From positions 21,093,992 through 21,157,986 of the forward strand of contig CM119266.1 of NCBI GenBank assembly GCA_051294375.1: DNA of 63,995 bases, read 5' to 3'. Of this stretch, positions 26,883 to 44,297 are shown piece after piece. The translations under genes and the position numbers were made by a program. Each line of letters starts with the position of its first letter. The first letter of the stretch is position 1. The notes under the pieces were generated by a model, which was not told the origin of the DNA, did not search any database, and saw nothing but the letters and a program-made list of their open reading frames with translations. The DNA is from Paraspadella gotoi (lineage: Eukaryota > Animalia > Chaetognatha).

Positions 26883-27208
26883 AAGACGAAGAGAGTTGAA
26901 CGTACTTTCATAAAGGATCAAAAGTGAAAGGTTTATACTTTTTATCTTCAGGCCACCCAAACGCATCCAAATCATTTTTAAATCCTTCAATATCTGTGAT
27001 AATAGATTTTTTAAAAAACATCCCTTTTTCGCATAAAAAAGCGATTAACGTTAATTATTATTTTACGATCTTCGTAAATTAATCTAATAACTATGATGAC
27101 CTAAAAAGTGGATGAGCTGGGAAACTGATTATAAGTTAAAATGATTATATATTATTAACGCTTTGAAGAAAAAAAACTTTTACGATTTTATGCTCAAAAT
27201 GAGTGATG

Positions 27209-27281
<73 letters not shown>

Positions 27282-28045
27282 GCCGGCTGACGATCTGATG
27301 AATTAAAACAATCGTGGCATCAAACTAAATTCATCATCAAAGGAGGAGAAAAGACGAAAGGAAGAAAGCGAAGAATTCATACGTCCTCTTTTCTCATGAA
27401 AGTCAAATTCACTCCCTCTCTCTCTCTCTCTCGCTTAAAAGTTTTTTTTCTTTTTAAGTTTCGAAACAAGATTTCTACTACATCTAAAAATTAAATTTCT
27501 CCAAGTGAATTTTCAATAAAGGGGAGTCCAAAATTTTAAATCATTATTTTGATATTATTACTGGCAAGAATGTTATTGTTGTATTCCGAGCTCTACCAAA
27601 TCTAAAAATTTGATTATAGTAGTTTTTATTTTATAACAGGTCTGCTTAGACACGAATCACCCGAAGGGGATATTTTTTATCATTTCCTAAAATTTTATTT
27701 CCTATTTTTGGCGGAAAAAGAAATAACTGGGTGAGACCGTCGCGTCAGATTTAAAAATAAACAATCGTTATAATTTTTAAAAACATGATATATAAAGCTG
27801 CGTCACTAGTTAATCAAGTCAAAAGAGAAACCTGTAACTACGTTATATCGTTGACCCGAACCGAAAATGCCCCCCCCCAAAAAAAGGATTAAGACCCTAA
27901 TTTTGTGCCTAAATTAGTTAAGTGACGTTGATTCATAAAATTCTGATTTATGATTTCGAAGGAAAGAATTGAAGCTGGGGAGGAGAAATAGGAGGAAAGT
28001 TCGCGCCAATCGAAATTTGATTAGAAACAAAGAAAAGGAGAGAGA

Positions 28046-28146
<101 letters not shown>

Positions 28147-29139
28147 CGAGAATTCATCGGTGTCTGGCTTACATACTCTAGTATTTATTACAGATGAAGG
28201 GAGAGAATAAAAAATATTTTTATTATTTTTTTTTGTAAGTTACCATGACTACCATTTACGTTTATTTTTTTAAAACCATCCAAATGTCATATTTTCTGAA
28301 ACAGGGCAAGAGATCAATCAACTTTAAACGTTTAACTTTTTAACCATTTGTATTTACATGTTAAAACTATGAGGTTTATACATAATTCAGATAATAAATA
28401 TCCGTAAATTGTTGAACATTAAATTTTAAAATAGAAATCAGAATAACACGGTAGTCATTGACTATCGCCCTTGCAAGAAAGGCCAAAGGAGAAACCTTTT
28501 TAAATTTAATAACTTCCGAAACGAACTCTTTCACGGCTTCACTCGACCCGAAAAAAAAAGGAACTCTCTCCAAAAACTCATTTAAATATTGAATTAGGCG
28601 AAAAGCTGGTAATTTACGAATCGCGGGCCAGGAATCGCATTCCACTTGATGCTTCGTGAAATTCAAAACGGGAATTTTATGTACAGCTTTTTTTTGTTTT
28701 TTTTGTTTTTTTTGTTTTGTTTTTTTTTTTAACTTAAGAAATAGGGTAATAAATGGCTAAAAAACGGATACATGATATTACCAGATATTCACCGGTATTC
28801 TTTTGAATTTATCCGAATCTTTTTCCTGTTTTCAATTATGTCGAATTCTGATTTCAAATCCCGCTGTTTCTATCCTCACGTGATTAGATTTGAGTTTGTT
28901 TACATAAATCACAGAATTTCTGATCTCATTCGATTAAAAAAAAAAAAAAGAGCATCTTAATCGGCGTAATTCTCTTCCTCTTTCTTACTGTCTCTCACTC
29001 TCTTTCTCTCTTTCTCTCTCTCTCACTCTCTTTCTCGCTTTCACTCGCTTTCTCTCGCTAACTACGAAATTACTAGAGCCTACTAGACGTATTAATTATT
29101 ATTTCAGTTCCCTCAGATGTAAGAAAAGGAAATAACGTT

Positions 29140-29337
29140 TGATTGTCCAATCAGCGTCTCTCTTCACTCCCTCCACCAATCAGAATCTGAACAGTATCTC
29201 GTAAACGGTCTCAACTTCGCGAACGTGCGGTCGTTGGCGTATCGCATCTGTCGTCAACGTCGTCATAGCAACCCTGGCGCCGATCCGAATTTAGGACATT
29301 AAGAAAAAAGAAAAGCCAGGAGGTGTTGGTGGGCGGT
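29140..29337. promoter_or_regulatory. Promoter/enhancer-like cluster ~1.6 kb upstream of the ABCC gene (duplicate at ~17648-17840)
   Basis: CCAATCA at 29147 and 29176, X-box-like GTCGTCATAGCAAC at 29259-29272, GGGCGG at 29331. Confidence 0.4.
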
Positions 29338-29429
29338 TGTATTTTAATGGAATTTTTCTTCACCCCGTTTTTTTCTTGAAGAGGAAACGGCAATATTCTG
29401 CATTAATCTTCAATAATCTGCAACTAAGT

Positions 29430-29835
29430 TAGGGTATTGCACAAAAATGTTAAAAATACCTTTTTTCTTCATTCGATTTGATTTAAACCTTATATTAAGC
29501 CTTACGAAGTGTACTTTATCATTAATTGGTAGTTTGTTTTTTAAAATTTGAGAATTACGGCCAACAGATTGACGTCAATTTGCCTAGTTTTTGCGCTACA
29601 ATAAAAAGAAATATTGCTTTCTGTACTATTTCAATATTTTTATTATTTAAAATATCTTTTTCGATTTTTTGTTAGACTTACACTTGCCCTACCTATATTC
29701 AAAAAATAAAATTTTTCTTTTCAGTATTTTCCATACAGTAAATATTTCAAAAAGCCTTGTTTTTTGGTATCAAATCCCCTATTATTTTTCGGCCGATAGA
29801 GAAATAAAAATTTCGTCGAATACTGCTAATCCCTA
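29430..29835. mobile_element. ~405 bp MITE with (T)AGGG...CCCT(A) termini, hAT-like
   Basis: agggtattgca / tgctaatccct TIRs flanked by duplicated aactaagtt; empty site tgcaactaagtttagc near 17921. Confidence 0.8.
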
Positions 29836-29906
29836 ACTAAGTTTAGCATAGCCTTCTAGTTTGATCATATCCTATAATTTTTTTTTTAATTTTTTTTTAA
29901 ATCGAG

Positions 29907-30175
29907 TGTGGCGAATCCCAAATTCGCCTCCCGTATAGCTTGTATAGCTTGACAGCTAAGTACTTGTTCACAAACCGTGAGTTCCGGGTTCAATCCCCTC
30001 ACGGTCACGCTGGTTAAAGTGTGCTGTTGACGGCAAAAACACGCCAGTGACTTGGGGTGGTCACTGCAGGTCCAAATCCCTGAGCGCCATCTGTCGTGAG
30101 ATGCCTCACACCCCGCGCATCACGAATGTCTCCCAGTTTCCATACAAACCTATATAAACAGCATTCGCCCCCTAT
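29907..30175 (+). mobile_element. Family C element with Pol III B-box and decayed P5-type twister
   Basis: B-box ggttcaatccc at 29987-29997 inside an accgtgag/ctcacggt stem; short direct repeat attcgcc(t)ccc(g)tat near both ends. Confidence 0.65.
30008..30086 (+). ncRNA. Degenerate, probably inactive, P5-type twister motif, family C
   Basis: cgct..aa-gtgt-GC-tgt-tgacggca-AAA-acac-GCC-agtgac/gtcact(P3)-G-cagg-T-cca-AATC-cctg-agcg. The P2, P3, P4 and P5 stems pair, but four core positions deviate from consensus. Confidence 0.45.
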
Positions 30176-30842
30176 CTTTTATTGATTCACCTTTCAGTTC
30201 CTCATAACAGTATGCCAGTGCAAATGATAATATACTTTTCCCTCATGGAATGCGTAATTTTGACAAATCATTGAAGTGGAACAAACTGGTTATTAGGCCG
30301 GAACAGGTTGAGAACTAGAAGTTCTCTCAAATAGATAATGGTAAAATGACTTTAAGAGAATATGAAAATGAAAATAGTTTTAAGATTTAACTTATAGATA
30401 AGCGCACAGAAGCATTTAAAAATTATTTATTATTAATTTTTTTAATTTTTTATGGATTCTAATAAATCTTTAAAAGTTATAAGAAGGTTATTATTACAAC
30501 TTTTTAAATTTTTGTTCTTTTATAGATAACAATTTTAAAAAACTATAAAATTCAGTTATTGAAGATGATTTTTTAAGGTTTTTTATATTTTGGCCCGCCT
30601 GGTTATTGGCCTCTTAAATTTCAACCGGTTTTCAAGACAAAATCAAGTAAGGATCTTCATTAAATTCATGAAACTTGATTTAACGGGTGTGCTCTTCTTT
30701 TTTTCAGTTATCTAACCCTCATTCACTTCCCCAGTTCAATCGTCCAAGATCCTACATTAAATTGTTTCTCTAGTTTTAAAAACATTGTTCCATCACGTCT
30801 TACAAATAGCGAATTAAATAATATTAAATACGATCTCTCAAA

Positions 30843-35777
<4,935 letters not shown>

Positions 35778-35779
35778 CG

Positions 35780-35813
35780 CTGACACTGACACTGACACTG
35801 ACACTGACACTGA
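35780..35813. repeat. (CTGACA)n hexamer repeat right after the stop codon
   Basis: Directly visible, about 5.5 copies. Confidence 0.9.
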
Positions 35814-36281
35814 CTAACACTTTACACAATTAAAACGCGTGAATGAAACTGTTTTAAGTAGTTAAACTGTTGTTAGTAGACTATGGTAGTTATTAAATAC
35901 TATATTAATAATGCGTACTTTTTAATTGATTATCCATGTCAGAATGCAAAAATAACATGACCAAATGTTAAATGTTAATTGACTGCTAAAAAACATATTC
36001 TTATAAATATAAAATTTACTATTCTATCGGCATCGCTTCTTTATTTCCGTTATTTATCCACCACTGAAAAACTCAACATTTTTTTGGCCTTTTTCACTTT
36101 AAAGCCTAAAACTGCTTCCATTCACAAAGAAAAAGAAAAAAAAAAACGAATAAAATAAAACAGGATTTGAAAATTGAAAACAATTCCTCTGCCTTCCCTC
36201 CAAAAAACCTGAATAAATGGCTTCGAAAACACCATAAAAACTTTTTCTCATGCCCTTTTCTCCATGATATACGTCAAAAAC

Positions 36282-36335
<54 letters not shown>

Positions 36336-36527
36336 GCCATCTTTCGCCAAGTTCCATACACGGCATATGATTGGGCCAAGACGTTGAGATCCGACTCTTC
36401 ATTGGACGCGGAGCAACTTTGTTACTTTGCCCAAAAACGAGAGATATAGAGAGCGAGAGGGGGAGAGAGCAGGCGAGAGTGAGAGAGAGGGAGATAACTC
36501 GGCGCGCTATCATGAGGTTATATCGGA

Positions 36528-36640
36528 TCTCGCGAAAGGAAGCATAAAGATCATAACGTTTATAGCCAGGAATCGGCCATTAGGGGGCGCTCAAGACAAA
36601 TGGTTCGTGACGTCGGTGGCGTCTCTACCGGAAGTGACGA
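36528..36640. promoter_or_regulatory. CTCF-like, ETS and CRE-like motif cluster
   Basis: ggccattagggggcgctc at 36575-36592, tgacgtc at 36609, accggaagtg at 36627-36636. Confidence 0.4.
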
Positions 36641-37217
36641 GCCGAGAGAGAGGAGGCGTGGTGCTCGGGGAAGTGGGACGTGGGCCAGAGAAGATTTGTG
36701 GATGGGCGGGAGAGATGCGTTGCGATGTTTCCCTTTCTCAAGTTGAAGGCAGTAAATCCGGGCAGAGAAAAAAAAATTAGATATCCATTATCAAAAGGAA
36801 CATTCTTGTTTCTTTTATATTCTTACTTTTATTTATTTAATTTGTCTCATTTTTTTTAATCGTTATCTTTGTCCTTCTTTCCTGTATGGCATTATTCTCT
36901 TATTGTTATAGTCATGGTTATAGTTTTGTTTCTGCCACTCTTCTCCGCCTATTGCTTCATATTAACATTCTTCGCTTTATATTTCCGCTTCTTACAGTTA
37001 TTTTATTCTTACATCAAAGATAAAGAAAAGAATGACTTAAAAATTAAATTTCGTTTATGTCTGTATATGATATTCTCGTTACTTTGAATTCATTCTTTTA
37101 TCTAAAAAGGCCTTTGCAGAGTTTTGACTTCTAATTATATTTTTGTGGCTGGGACTATTTAAATCAGTCCGTTTTTACTTTTTTTCCTTCTTTTTTAATT
37201 TTATATTCGAGAAAGCA

Positions 37218-37368
37218 AAGTGGTTTTTTGAAATTGTTACAAACAATTTATCTTTATTAAGAGACGGACATATTAAAAATGTTGATGAAGGCTTGAAGTC
37301 AACTACGAAATCATGCTCATCTCTTAAATAAAAATAAATCGTATATAACAATTTCAAAAATACTTTCT
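37218..37368 (+). mobile_element. Second Penelope-like remnant: inverted tail, degenerate hammerhead (~37279-37322) and tail; duplicate at 41198-41341
   Basis: atg-TTGATGA-aggct...(ag)c-GAAA-catg(c)TC-catctc-ttaaataaaa; 41198-41249 approximates the reverse complement of 41288-41340. Confidence 0.5.
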
Positions 37369-37606
37369 TTAATATTAAAACAATGAAAAAGAAGGAATAT
37401 ATATGCATTCATGTATTTTATATTTATTATTTTATGTATTTATATTCAAGCTTTTATGTTTTAGTATTGGTTTTTCATTATCAATACTCTCTTTCATTTT
37501 AGCACTTAATATGTAGATGAGGCAGCCGCAAATCCTAACAGAGCAGGATTTTTGTAAATACTAATTAAAGTGTTTTATATAAAATTTTTAGTAGTGATAG
37601 TGAATA

Positions 37607-38500
37607 TTCTTACAATTTGAATGTCTATAAACTTTATATGTCTAACATTATCACAAAGCATAAACTTTAATTGAAACCTCTCCAAACTTTTTACGATTTT
37701 TTTTAGTGAATCTATAGTAAAAAAAATGAAAAAAAGAATTATTGCAAGTTAGTAATTCAAACTGGACTATATGTTAATATTTATTTAAAATTAAGATACA
37801 TAAAATAGATGTCCCATTCAATTAGCGTAAAACGGGCTGCAGATCTTGTTTACTTGTAGCACCTCCAAAATAAATATATTTTAATTAATCAAGAATTTTC
37901 ATGTTATAATAAGAATTATATTTAATAAATAAAAATAAAATATTTTAAAACTATTAATATATATTTTATTCAAGTATTAAAAGTTAATGCATTATACTTG
38001 TTAATATTTTGGAACATTTTTTATTAACAATATATATCAATATTGAGTGAGCTACTTTATTATTATTATTTTGTAAATTTTTTTCATAAATAATAACAAA
38101 TATTATTCTATTAAAAGCTGGATATGAGATTGAATTAAAGCACTCAACTAATATATACTGTTATTTTATTTGAGATTAAGTTTTAATTAAACATCATATA
38201 TTTTTTATAATAAAATAAAGTTAATAATTGTGTTTATTTATTTTTTATTATAATTTTATATTATTTTTTATTTTAAAACATTTGTTTTAAAGCCTTATAA
38301 GTAGAACTGTATTTTTGTATCTTTATTTTTAAAAAAATATTCTATTTGAAAGTACTAATTGATTAATCTTTTTTTAAAAAAAAATTTAATTTTTACGAAT
38401 TAATTTAATAATGAAAAATCGTAAAAGTTGGGAGAGGTCTCAAATTAAAGCTTATGTTTTGTAGATAATGATAGATGTATAAACATTCAAATTGTAAGCA
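37607..38500. mobile_element. AT-rich foldback/MITE-like element with long imperfect TIRs (TGCTTACAATTTGAATG...)
   Basis: Ends are inverted repeats over more than 90 bp; further copies at 39580-40560 and 41580-42441. Confidence 0.75.
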
Positions 38501-40140
38501 ACAGACAAAAATAATAAAAAATATTTTTTCAAATTTTTTTCAAGATTTAACAATTCATAGCTCCTGAACAAAATTAAAAAACTAATACCTATTTACGCCA
38601 ATAAGAAAGCCCAAGGTTTACTCTAGAGGATTTAGTCTGTTTTATACCTTATTTTACATTATTTTTAAAGTTATAAGGGAAAAATAAAAAATGTGACTTT
38701 AAAATGCCGAGAATTCGGTTTTTTTAAACATCAATAATTGGAAAAGTATTTTTTGGATTTTTAAAAATAAAGTATGTAAAATGAAGTATTTTTTCCGCTC
38801 TTTAAAATGACACAGGTTAAATTTGATTCTGACTGATATTTTTCAAGATATCTATCATTTTTAATGGAAAAAAACCGTTTTTTTGCAAATTTTGAAGAGT
38901 TGCAAGCACTTATTGATCGATTTTTCAAAAAACAAAGATAGAAAAAAATTAGTAGCTTATAGGGGACTAATTTGTACTAGTGCTAAATTCTGTAAAAAAC
39001 TTTATAAAAATTTGCTAAGGGCCTGACNNNNNNNNNNNNNNNNNNNNNNNNNTGGCTTAGCAAATTTTTATAAGTTTTTTACAGAATTTAGCACTATAGT
39101 ACAAATTAGTCCACTATTGCTAATTAATTTTTTCATCTATCTGTTTTTTTGAAAAATCGATCAATAAGTGCTTGCAACTCTTCAAAATTTGCAAAAAAAA
39201 CGGTTTTTTTTCATTAAAAATGATAGATATCTTGAAAAATATCAGTCAGAATCAAATTTAACCTGCGTCAATTTAAAGAGCGGAAAAAATACTTCATTTT
39301 ACATACTTTATTTTTAAAAATCCAAAAAATACTTTTCCAATTATTGATGTTTAAAAAACCGAATTCTCGGCATTAAAGTCACTTTTTTTATTTTCCCCTT
39401 ATAACTCTTTGAAAATAATGTAAAATAAGGTATAAACAGACTAAATCCTCTAGAGTAAACCTTGGGCTTTCTATTGGCGTAAATAGGTATTAGTTTTTTT
39501 AATTTTGTTCAGGAGCTATGAATTGTTAAATCTTGAAAAAAAATTTTGAAAAAATATTTATTTAATATTTTTGTCTGTATGCTTACAATTTGAATGTTTA
39601 TACATCTATCATTATCTACAAAACATAAGCTTTAATTTGAGACCTCTCCCAATTTTACAATTTTTCATTATTGAATTATACGTAAAAATTAAATTTTTTT
39701 TTAAAAAAAGATTAATCAATTAGTACTTTCAAATAGAATTTTTTTAAAAATAAAGATACAAAAATACAGTTCTACTTATAAGGCTTTAAAACAAATGTTT
39801 AAAATAAAAAATAATATAAAATTATAATAAAAAATAAATAAAACAAATTATTAACTTTATTTTATATATAAAAATATATTGATGTTTTATTAAAACTTAT
39901 TCTCAAATAAAATAACAGTATATATTAGTTGAGTGCTTTAATTCAATCTCATATCCAGCTTTTAATAGTAATAATATTTGTTATTATTTATGAAAAAAAA
40001 TTTACAAAATAATAATAATACAGTACTCACTCATAATTTGATATATATTGTTAATAAAAAATGTTCCAAAAATATTAACAAGTATAATGCATTAACTTTT
40101 AATACTTGAATAGAATATATATTAATAGTTTTTAAAATAT
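37950..40140. repeat. Large inverted repeat centred on N gap 39028-39052; 36995-39027 is also repeated directly at ~40983-43081
   Basis: aaatttgctaag before the gap versus cttagcaaattt after it; the arms are collinear. Confidence 0.85.
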
Positions 40141-40560
40141 TTTATAAATTTTTTAAAATAATTTAAAATTTTTTAAAATTATAACAATAAAACAATTTGT
40201 GATAAAACAAATAAATTGTTTTTTTTTCTCCTAAATTTCAAAACGCCAACAAAATTGATAGTTTATACACAATGTCTTACCAATATTTTATAATAAATTA
40301 TTATTTATTAAAATAAATTTATTTTATAGCCTAACAAGTAGAACTGCATTTGTATTATATATAGAACATATTTGTATCTTAATTTTTAAGAAATAATCCA
40401 TTTGAAAATTACTATATTGAATAATCTTTTTTCTATTTAAATTTTTACTTATAATTCAATAAAAAAAATTGTAAAAAGTTAGGAGAGGTTTCAAATTAAA
40501 GCTTATGCTTTGTAGATAATGTTAGACATATAAAGTTTATAGACATTCAAATTGTAAGCA
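39580..40560. mobile_element. Foldback element, copy 2
   Basis: tgcttacaatttgaatg ... cattcaaattgtaagca. Confidence 0.75.
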
Positions 40561-40796
40561 TGATCTTTCAGTTGTGACCTGGTGGCTCATTGAGTAAAGC
40601 ATAAGCTCATGACCATTAGGTACCGGTTCATCCAACCCGGTACCTACCCTGCGGGAAGAGTGAGGACGGCCGTAAGCCGCCTTGGGGGCGTGGCAAACCC
40701 TCAAGCCTGGTTCCAAGCCAGGACCCGTTCCATGTCTGCAGAGGGGGTTATACAACAGTTACGGATAGTCATCTTCTGCCCACTTAGCGCCTTATC
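40559..40796 (+). mobile_element. Family B copy, 5'-truncated: tRNA-like head (40576-40644) plus twister
   Basis: Reverse complement of 1594-1837; A-box-like tggctcattgag at 40583; ends at ccttatc like the other insertion. Confidence 0.85.
40651..40728 (+). ncRNA. P5-type twister ribozyme motif, family B, cleanest copy
   Basis: gcggg(P5)-aa-gagt(P2)-GA-gga(T1)-cggccg(P1)-TAA-gcc(P2)-GCC-ttggggg/ccctcaa(P3)-G-cctgg(P4)-T-tcc(T1)-AAGC-cagg-a-cccgt(P5); predicted cut at 40673/40674. Confidence 0.75.
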
Positions 40797-41579
40797 AACA
40801 AATATAAAATAAAAAAAAAGGAAGGAAAAAAGTTAAAAACGGACTGATTTAATAGATCCACAATTAAAAAACGCAATTCTAGTAGTTAATGAAGCTAGTA
40901 AATAAAGAAATAACTACTAAAACCGTTTCTAAGTTCATATTCAAATCAAAAACTGTTAAAAATTTATTGAAATAGGTTGCTCAGTTATTTTATTCTTACA
41001 TCAAAATAAAAAAAAATGTATTAAAAATTAAATTTTGTTATTTCTGGTAATGAATTCTCGTTACATTTAATTATTCTTTTTATCTAAAAGCCTTTGCAGA
41101 GTTTTGATTTAATTATATTTATTTGTGGATCTATTAAATCAGTCCGTTTTTTAACTTTTTTTCCTTCCTTTTTTAATTTTTATATTCGAGAAGCAAAGTG
41201 TTTTTTGAAATTGTTACAAACAATTTATTTTTATTTAAGAGACGGACATATTAAATGTTGATGAAGGCTTGAAGTCAACTAGCGAACATGCTCCATCTCT
41301 TAAATAAAAATAAATCGTTATAACAATTTCAAAAATACTTTCTTTAATATTAAAACAATGAAAAGAAAGGATTATTGCATCATGTATTTTATATTTTATG
41401 TATTTTATGTATTTTATATTCATAGCTTTTATGTTTTAGTATTGGTTTTTCATTATCAATACTCTTTTCATTTTTAGCACTTAAGTGTAGTTAGGGCAGC
41501 AAAATCCTAACAGAGCAGGATTTTTGGTAAATACTAATTAAAGTTTTTATAAAAATATTTTTAGTAGTGATAGTGAATA

Positions 41580-42441
41580 TGCTTACAATTTGAATGTCTA
41601 TAAACTTTAATATGTCTTAACATTATTACAAGCATAAACTTTAATTGAAACCTCTCCTAACTTTTACGATTTTTCTTTATTGAATTATAAGTAAAAATTT
41701 AAATGAAAAAAAGATTATTCAATTAGGTAATTTCAAATGGATTATTTTTTTAAAAATTAAGATACAAATATGTCTTATAATAATCACAAATGCAAGTTCT
41801 ACTTGTTAGGCTATAAAATAAATTTATTTTTAATTAATAATAATTTTATTATTAAATATTTTAAAAAAATTAAAAAAATATTTTTAAAACTATTTATATA
41901 TATTTATTCAAGTATTAAAAGTTAATGCATCTAACTTGTAATATTTTGGAACATTTTTTATTAACAAATATATAACAAATATTGAGTGAGCTACTTTATT
42001 ATTATTATTTTGTAAATTTTTTTTTCATAATATATAACAAGATATATTGCTATTAAAAGCTGATATGAGATTGAAATTAAAGCACTCACTAATATATACC
42101 TGTTATTTTATTTGAGATTAAGTTTTAATTAAACATCATATATTTTTTATAATAAAATAAAGTTAATAATCTGTTTTATTTATTTTTATTATAATTTTTA
42201 TATTATTTTTTATTTTTTAAACATTTGTTTTAAAAGCCTTATAAGTAGAACTGTATTTTGTATCTTTATTTTTAAAAAAATATTCTATTGAAAGTACTAA
42301 TTGATTTAATCTTTTTTTAAAAAAAATTTATTTTTACGAATAATTTAATAATGAAAAATCGTAAAAAGTTGGGAGAGGTCTCAAATTAAAGCTTATGTTT
42401 TGTAGATAATGATAGATGTATAAACATTCAATTGTGAAGCA
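41580..42441. mobile_element. Foldback element, copy 3
   Basis: Same TIRs as copies 1 and 2. Confidence 0.75.
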
Positions 42442-44297
42442 CACAGACAAAAATAAATAAAGAAATATTTTTTCAAATTTTTTTCAAGATTTAACAAATT
42501 CATAGGCTCCTGAACAAATTAAAAAACTAATACCTATTTACGCAATAGAAAGCCCAGGTTTACTCTAGAGGATTAGTCTGTTTTTCCTCTGTTTCTATTT
42601 AAATAAGATTGTACTACTAGGTTCCTGACGACAATAGCTAACGGATATATTTTCTGACCCAACCGAGTCATTTACTCTAGATTGGAATTGTAGTCTGTTT
42701 GTTTATACCTTATTTACATATTTTTAAAGTTATAAAGGAAAAAGTAAAAAATGTGACTTTAAAATGCCGAGAATTCGGTTTTTTTTAACAATAATTGGAA
42801 AAGTATATTGGATTTTTAAAAATAAAGTATGTAAAATGAAGTATTTTTTCCGCTCTTTAAATTGACACAGGTTAAATTTGATTCTGACTGGTTATTTTTA
42901 AGATATCTATCATTTTTAATGGAAAAAAACCGTTTTTTTGCAATTTTGAAGAGTTGCAAGCATTATTGATCGATTTTTCAAAAAAACAAAGATAGAAAAA
43001 AATTAGTAGCTTATAGGGGACTAATTTCGTACTATAGTGCTAAATTCTGAAAAAAACTTTATAAAAAATTTGCTAAGGCCTACTTCATATTAACATTCTT
43101 CGCTTTATATTTCCGCTTCTTATGGTTATGTAAATTTTGATTACATTCCGTCTCTTCTCCCGTAATCATGAACTTCCCCGACTTACATTCCTGTCATTGT
43201 TCGCCTCTCCCCTTTCTTTCCACTTCTCCGCCTCGCGCGCCATCTCTCTCCGCTTTCTCCTCCCGGGATCATCGCCGCTTTCCGCTCGACATAATGGGAA
43301 TTTATCGACGCAGATTTGGGCGGCAGAAAAAAAAAAAGATCATCATCGTCGTCGTCGTCGTCGTCGTCGGCGAGGTCCTTCCCCGCCGACCGTCGACCTT
43401 ACCCCAAATGGGTTATGGCCATGATGATATGGGCAAAGATAAGAGAAGCGACCGAAAATCTCTTGGAATCGGAAGAAGAAGAAGACCGGAAGAAGATGAA
43501 TAGCGAAGAAGGAGAAGAAGGAGAGGAATGAGACGAAGACCGGGAAAGAACCGGGTCTCTGGATCTTCCATCTTTCCGAAATGTAGATTGAATTCGTTTC
43601 TAGGTTGAAAGTGGAATTAAGATCCCGGGTTGAGAGTGGAATTAAACATGACCCTTTTTATCGGCGAAGTCGTTGACCAGGCTGGAAGCGAGGTCGTATC
43701 TTCAACGAGATATCGATATCTGGTCTCATGGAGCTACCTGGTGGATGACTGGTTGAGTACAAGGAGGTTCTCGGTTATCTTTTTCGATATTTAAAGATTG
43801 TTAAATTGTCTTTGTGAAATAATTAGTAGAACCCAAGTCAAAACAATCTCTCTATTCCCTAAAACCCTCCGCAAACGTCCAATCCAGCGAAGACCCAATA
43901 TATTTTATTTTCAAATTCTCTTTCTCTTTCTTTTTGCTCCTCTCTCTCTCTCTCTATCTCTCTCCGGCCTTCCGGATTTTGACAGCGGGGAACGAGGCTC
44001 TAAATTCAATAATTCTCTTCTTTCCTTCGAATTTGATGACCGGATTTTGACAAAAAATGGTGATGGAATTCCGGAGACGGATGTTTAAAAACTCGGACCC
44101 CTGGCCTCTCCTCCCCTTTGAGGAGGGGATATCCTCGATTGGGGGGACGTAGCCTGACCTCGTAATTCCTCTGTTCAATGACACTTTTTTTCAAATGAGT
44201 TGGAGGAAGTTGGTCCAAAGAAAATGGAAACGGGATAGGAGGCTGGGCGGTGATCAGTGAATGCTATTATACTCGGATTATTGTTAGAAAGAAATAT

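Noticed and set aside
40576-40644. Functional tRNA gene (also 1330-1403 and 29945-30005)
   Set aside because: A/B-box-like motifs are present, but no complete cloverleaf with acceptor and anticodon stems could be formed; treated as SINE-like heads.
43137-43800. Protein-coding exon (also ORF 49017-49499; YLVSW chromodomain-like word)
   Set aside because: Low complexity, frames differ between duplicates, and no coherent domain or splice structure.
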